DNA of 10,880 nucleotides from a virus: UHGV virus genome UHGV-0354908; one strand, 5' to 3'. Shown piece by piece: positions 7,699 to 10,880 of this stretch (position 1 is its first letter; each line of letters starts with the position of its first letter). The notes under the pieces were generated by a model. It saw only the letters and a program-made list of their open reading frames with translations, ran no database searches and was not told where the DNA came from. The position numbers and the translations under genes were made by a program.

Positions 7699-8243
7699 GC
7701 CTCCATCGCTTTATCCGGTTTGTCGGTGTTACTGCCCTGACCGTTCTCTCTGTGACGATGCCCGTTATAGGCAAGCCGCATCGCTGACATGGTGGTACCG
7801 CCGGAGTCGCACAGGTCTTTCACCTGTCCGGTCACTTCCAGGTCCATTTCAAAACGTGCTCTGGGCGCATTGCGAAACGTGATCGTTTTACCTGCACCGT
7901 CCACCACGATCCCCTCCCGGGTCAGCGTCACAGACTGCCCCTGATCGTCATAGACAGCCACCTCACCCGTCTGCAGCCCTTTCAGGCGGTAGCGCCGGTC
8001 CGACACCGTAACAACCACCGCATGAGAACGGTCGCCATCCGGAAACAACACCACCGCTTCCGCACCGCTGTTTGCCCTTGCGGTAAAACCGTAGGGTTCA
8101 AGATGTTCAACCCCGGCTTTGGGTTCACCGGCAATCAGGGACACATCCACGGTCTGACATTTCGTGGCGGCACTGATGCTTTTCACCACTGCCCGCCCAA
8201 TCAGGCCGAGGAGTTGTCGCTGCATGGCTTCAATCGTCCTCAT
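7695..8243 (-). CDS. Baseplate assembly protein V / spike (Mu gp45-like)
   Basis: 182 aa (MRTIEAMQRQLLGLIGRAVV...), with the size and sequence character of the phage baseplate V family. Its ATG overlaps the stop of the upstream gene (TGATG). Confidence 0.82.
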   Translation of the reverse strand: MRTIEAMQRQLLGLIGRAVVKSISAATKCQTVDVSLIAGEPKAGVEHLEPYGFTARANSGAEAVVLFPDGDRSHAVVVTVSDRRYRLKGLQTGEVAVYDDQGQSVTLTREGIVVDGAGKTITFRNAPRARFEMDLEVTGQVKDLCDSGGTTMSAMRLAYNGHRHRENGQGSNTDKPDKAMEA

Positions 8244-9322
8244 CAGAACGGGTCCTCCTGTACTCTGGCTTTTTTCTTTTTCCGCGCGCCGGGGGCTTCG
8301 GGTTCAGGCAGATAAGCATCAGGTGGGCCGACACGGATTTCCGTCAGGGTGCCGTTCTGGTCCTGAGTAAACGTGACTTCCGAAACAAGCAGTTCGGTAT
8401 TGTCGAAACCACAGACCGGATCAAAGACAATCACCCGCTGGTTGGGCTGCCACAGCGTACCGTTACCCTGTCGCCAGCCCTGCACCACATAGGTGGTTTC
8501 ATCCGTCCGCGCCGCCCGTTGCCGGGCTTCAAAGTCAGCACGCGCAATACAGCCTGCCCCCGTAGCCTGCCCTGTCTGCCTGATATACATCGGACGGTAA
8601 CGGGCAATAAATGCGTCCTCTGTGCGGGCCCGCAGCGCGGTGGTGGTGGCCTCACCGAAATCATCGTCGTTTCCGGCACGCTGCCCCGCCACCTGGTAAA
8701 CAGAAAACCGCTCCCGGATACTCTTCTCCGTATCGCAGGAAAGGATGTTTTCCCCGAGTACCAGCGCAGTATGTGCCCGCGTTGAGCCAATACCGCCAAT
8801 CACCAGCCTGCCGTGCGGGTCGTCGTAAGCCAGTGCCTGCTGCTGACCGAGTATTTTGTTGATTACCTCAATCACCGTTTCACCGTGATCAGGCTGAACA
8901 TCAGGAATAACACCCGACGGCGCACCGCTGTTCACCACCTCAATGCCGAAAGGCGCAGCAAGCGCCTGCGCAATCTGCACCAGCGAGCGTCCGTTAAACT
9001 GTGTCGGTTCGGCTGCACAGTCAATCAGGTCAGCCGTCAGACTACGTCCGGCAATACCGGTGCTGACCGAACGGGCATCGTAACGAACGGGCGTCGCCTC
9101 CACCCAGCCGGTGATCACCAGCTCATCACCAATCAGCACTTCCACTTTTGAACCGTTTTTAATGCGCGGCTGAAGCGTGGTGATACCCTCATCTCCCGGC
9201 CACTGGCGGGTGATCTCCACACTGAAATCCCGCGCCAGCCGTTCAATACCGGCACCGATGCGCACCGATGTCCAGCCATTCCACTCCCGGCCATTTACCC
9301 GTAGCGTGACATTGTCGTTCAT
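8243..9322 (-). CDS. Mu gpP (gp44)-like tail/baseplate hub protein
   Basis: 359 aa (MNDNVTLRVNGREWNGWTSVRIG...) immediately downstream of the gpN-like gene with an ATGA overlap. This is the conserved Mu gene order. Confidence 0.82.
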   Translation of the reverse strand: MNDNVTLRVNGREWNGWTSVRIGAGIERLARDFSVEITRQWPGDEGITTLQPRIKNGSKVEVLIGDELVITGWVEATPVRYDARSVSTGIAGRSLTADLIDCAAEPTQFNGRSLVQIAQALAAPFGIEVVNSGAPSGVIPDVQPDHGETVIEVINKILGQQQALAYDDPHGRLVIGGIGSTRAHTALVLGENILSCDTEKSIRERFSVYQVAGQRAGNDDDFGEATTTALRARTEDAFIARYRPMYIRQTGQATGAGCIARADFEARQRAARTDETTYVVQGWRQGNGTLWQPNQRVIVFDPVCGFDNTELLVSEVTFTQDQNGTLTEIRVGPPDAYLPEPEAPGARKKKKARVQEDPF

Positions 9323-10647
9323 TGCACTGGCACCTTCAGAGGGATCACCGGCACAAAGCCGGGATGCGTAATGGCATTACGCCGGATAATGTCCGCGTCA
9401 CGCGCCGCGTTATCAAACCAGGTCGCCGCCAGCACCAGCGCGGGTAAAACCTCATCCGGTGTGCGCTGAATGATCCGTGCAGACTGTTCAAGGCGCGTGT
9501 TGATATCCGCATTCAGATCTGCTTTCACCCGGCGCAGCGCCAGAAACAGCGCATCACTGGTTGTACGGGACAACTCCTTATCAATTGCCGTATTCAGTGT
9601 GTCGCGAATGTCAGTCAGTTCTTCCCACGTCGGCAGGTCAACCTTGTTTTTCACCGCCGGTGCATTGTTCAGTGCCGGATGCGTGACGGAAGGCCAGCCA
9701 GTGCTCTGCGCAGGTGTTGTAGCCTGCCCCACTGAGGAATTCTGCATCACCGCGGAAGTTGTTGGCGCAGGCAATCGGGTGACGGCATACGCCGCTTCGC
9801 TGATTGCGGTCGTACGAAGGGTGCTGGCAACCACGTTACGCTGCTGCGTCGCCGTGGCGGTGGTTTTACTGTCCGTTTTCCAGACGCCGCGCGGTTGCAG
9901 ATCGCTGCCGAGGCTGACACCGGAAAGCGTTTTGATCATGGTGACCAGGTCGCTGGCGTTACCATAAAGGCGTTTCCCGGTACGCCACATTTTCTGCACC
10001 TGCTCAACGAAATTTTTGCCTGACGATGGCGGCGGCAGAAGTACCGAGATATCCCCCTGCAACAGCCTGGCGGCATCCGATACGGCAGAATCCACCACTT
10101 TCATCGCATCAGAAACATACCCAAGCATTGTGCTGACATTACCAACGACGTCGTTCTGCACGAAATCCGCCACGCCATCGATACTGAAACCGCTGAAGCT
10201 GTCACTGATGCAGTCATCCAGTGCAGAACAGGATGACATCAGCGTCTGCGCCGTCGCCGCACCTGATGTGGGGTAAGAGAGTTCTCCTGCTTCGACAAAC
10301 TTCAGGTCAAAACGGACAATACGCCCTTCACTCTTCGATGTGCTGACCCGAACTTCCCCGTCAACACAGACTTTCAGCTCACCGTAAGTCGGATGGACAA
10401 GCGTGCCGGGACCGGGTTTATTCAGCGCGTCAATCAGGCGATCGCGCTGGTCAAAGCAGTCATCTCCCACCACATAAGCCGTGATGGACGGGCGGAAAGT
10501 GATTTTCCCCAGGTCCTCGGTATAGGGTTTGTCGCGGTTCGGGTATTCGTGCGTTTCCACACGACGGCCGGTTCCCGCACTTTCTTCTTCAACCTTAAAC
10601 GGCACACCGCGAAATGACGCGTCCTGAAGTCTGTCTTTCCACGTCAT
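9319..10647 (-). CDS. Mu gpN (gp43)-like DNA circulation protein (tail protein)
   Basis: 442 aa. The N-terminus (MTWKDRLQDASFRGVPFKVEEE...THEYPNRDKPYTEDLG) matches the conserved N-terminal domain of the Mu DNA circulation protein. A GGAG lies 5 nt upstream of the ATG at 10645-10647. Confidence 0.85.
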   Translation of the reverse strand: MTWKDRLQDASFRGVPFKVEEESAGTGRRVETHEYPNRDKPYTEDLGKITFRPSITAYVVGDDCFDQRDRLIDALNKPGPGTLVHPTYGELKVCVDGEVRVSTSKSEGRIVRFDLKFVEAGELSYPTSGAATAQTLMSSCSALDDCISDSFSGFSIDGVADFVQNDVVGNVSTMLGYVSDAMKVVDSAVSDAARLLQGDISVLLPPPSSGKNFVEQVQKMWRTGKRLYGNASDLVTMIKTLSGVSLGSDLQPRGVWKTDSKTTATATQQRNVVASTLRTTAISEAAYAVTRLPAPTTSAVMQNSSVGQATTPAQSTGWPSVTHPALNNAPAVKNKVDLPTWEELTDIRDTLNTAIDKELSRTTSDALFLALRRVKADLNADINTRLEQSARIIQRTPDEVLPALVLAATWFDNAARDADIIRRNAITHPGFVPVIPLKVPVQ

Positions 10648-10712
10648 ATAAACTCCGTACGGCTTTGTTGAATAAATCAGATTTCGGGTAAGTCTCCCCC
10701 GTAGCGGGTTGT

Positions 10713-10880
10713 GTTTTCAGGCAATACGCAACTCAGAAGCCTTCCCGGGTCTTATCCGGCAGACTCACAGAAAAATCAGGGCAGCATCGGCAGACGGCGC
10801 TTACGACACCCGGCTCTGTCACGATGAACTGCGGCGTAAGAAAATCAGCGCCCTTATCCCTCCCCGAAAAGGTGCGGGTT
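10713..10880 (-). CDS. Possible 3' end of an upstream tail gene (tape-measure position in Mu-like order), running off the window edge
   Basis: One - strand frame is open from the window edge for 55 codons and ends with TGA at 10713-10715, 65 nt upstream of gpN. It is GC-rich like the tail module. Support is weak: the fragment is short and I recognise no motif. Confidence 0.25.

Larger units (their letters stand above)
1..10880. mobile_element. Partial prophage (SfV / CPS-53-like serotype-converting temperate phage): integrase, gtr cassette and Mu-like tail module
   Basis: Gene content and order: tyrosine integrase, then gtrABC in the same orientation, then convergent tail-fibre and baseplate genes. 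Composition is visibly mosaic, with an AT-rich gtr cargo and a GC-rich tail module. The prophage boundaries are not in the window. Confidence 0.8.

Noticed and set aside
6003-10276. Multiple + strand ORFs antisense to the baseplate genes (for example 7282..7740, 8813..9151, 9470..9967, 10016..10276)
   Set aside because: Each is fully overlapped by a - strand tail gene with family-level similarity and coupled starts. Long antisense ORFs are expected in GC-rich DNA.
1-10880. CRISPR arrays, rRNA, IS elements
   Set aside because: Reading through the window I saw no regularly spaced direct repeats, no transposase-like ORF with terminal inverted repeats, and no rRNA-like sequence.

Overview
This window reads as one end of a temperate, serotype-converting prophage of the enterobacterial SfV / CPS-53 type. 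Left to right: an inverted fragment of a second integrase gene (1-175), a P4-family tyrosine integrase whose reading frame opens at 176 but has no start codon before 338, then a gtrA-gtrB-gtrC O-antigen glucosylation cassette (1488-4244) on the + strand. A perfect palindromic hairpin (4250-4267) separates this from a convergent, tightly coupled Mu-like tail/baseplate module on the - strand (gpN, gpP, gp45/V, gp46, gp47/J, gp48, tail fibre, tail-fibre assembly; 4274-10647). No rRNA, tRNA or CRISPR array was seen. All functional calls come from reading the translated ORFs against remembered protein families; no database search was run. The most unusual observation is the head-to-head junction at 175/176 between the two integrase copies. 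The second is a GATC- and repeat-rich leader upstream of gtrA, which may be an epigenetic phase-variation switch. I found no convincing evidence of a wholly new system; every ORF of substantial size fits a known phage family.
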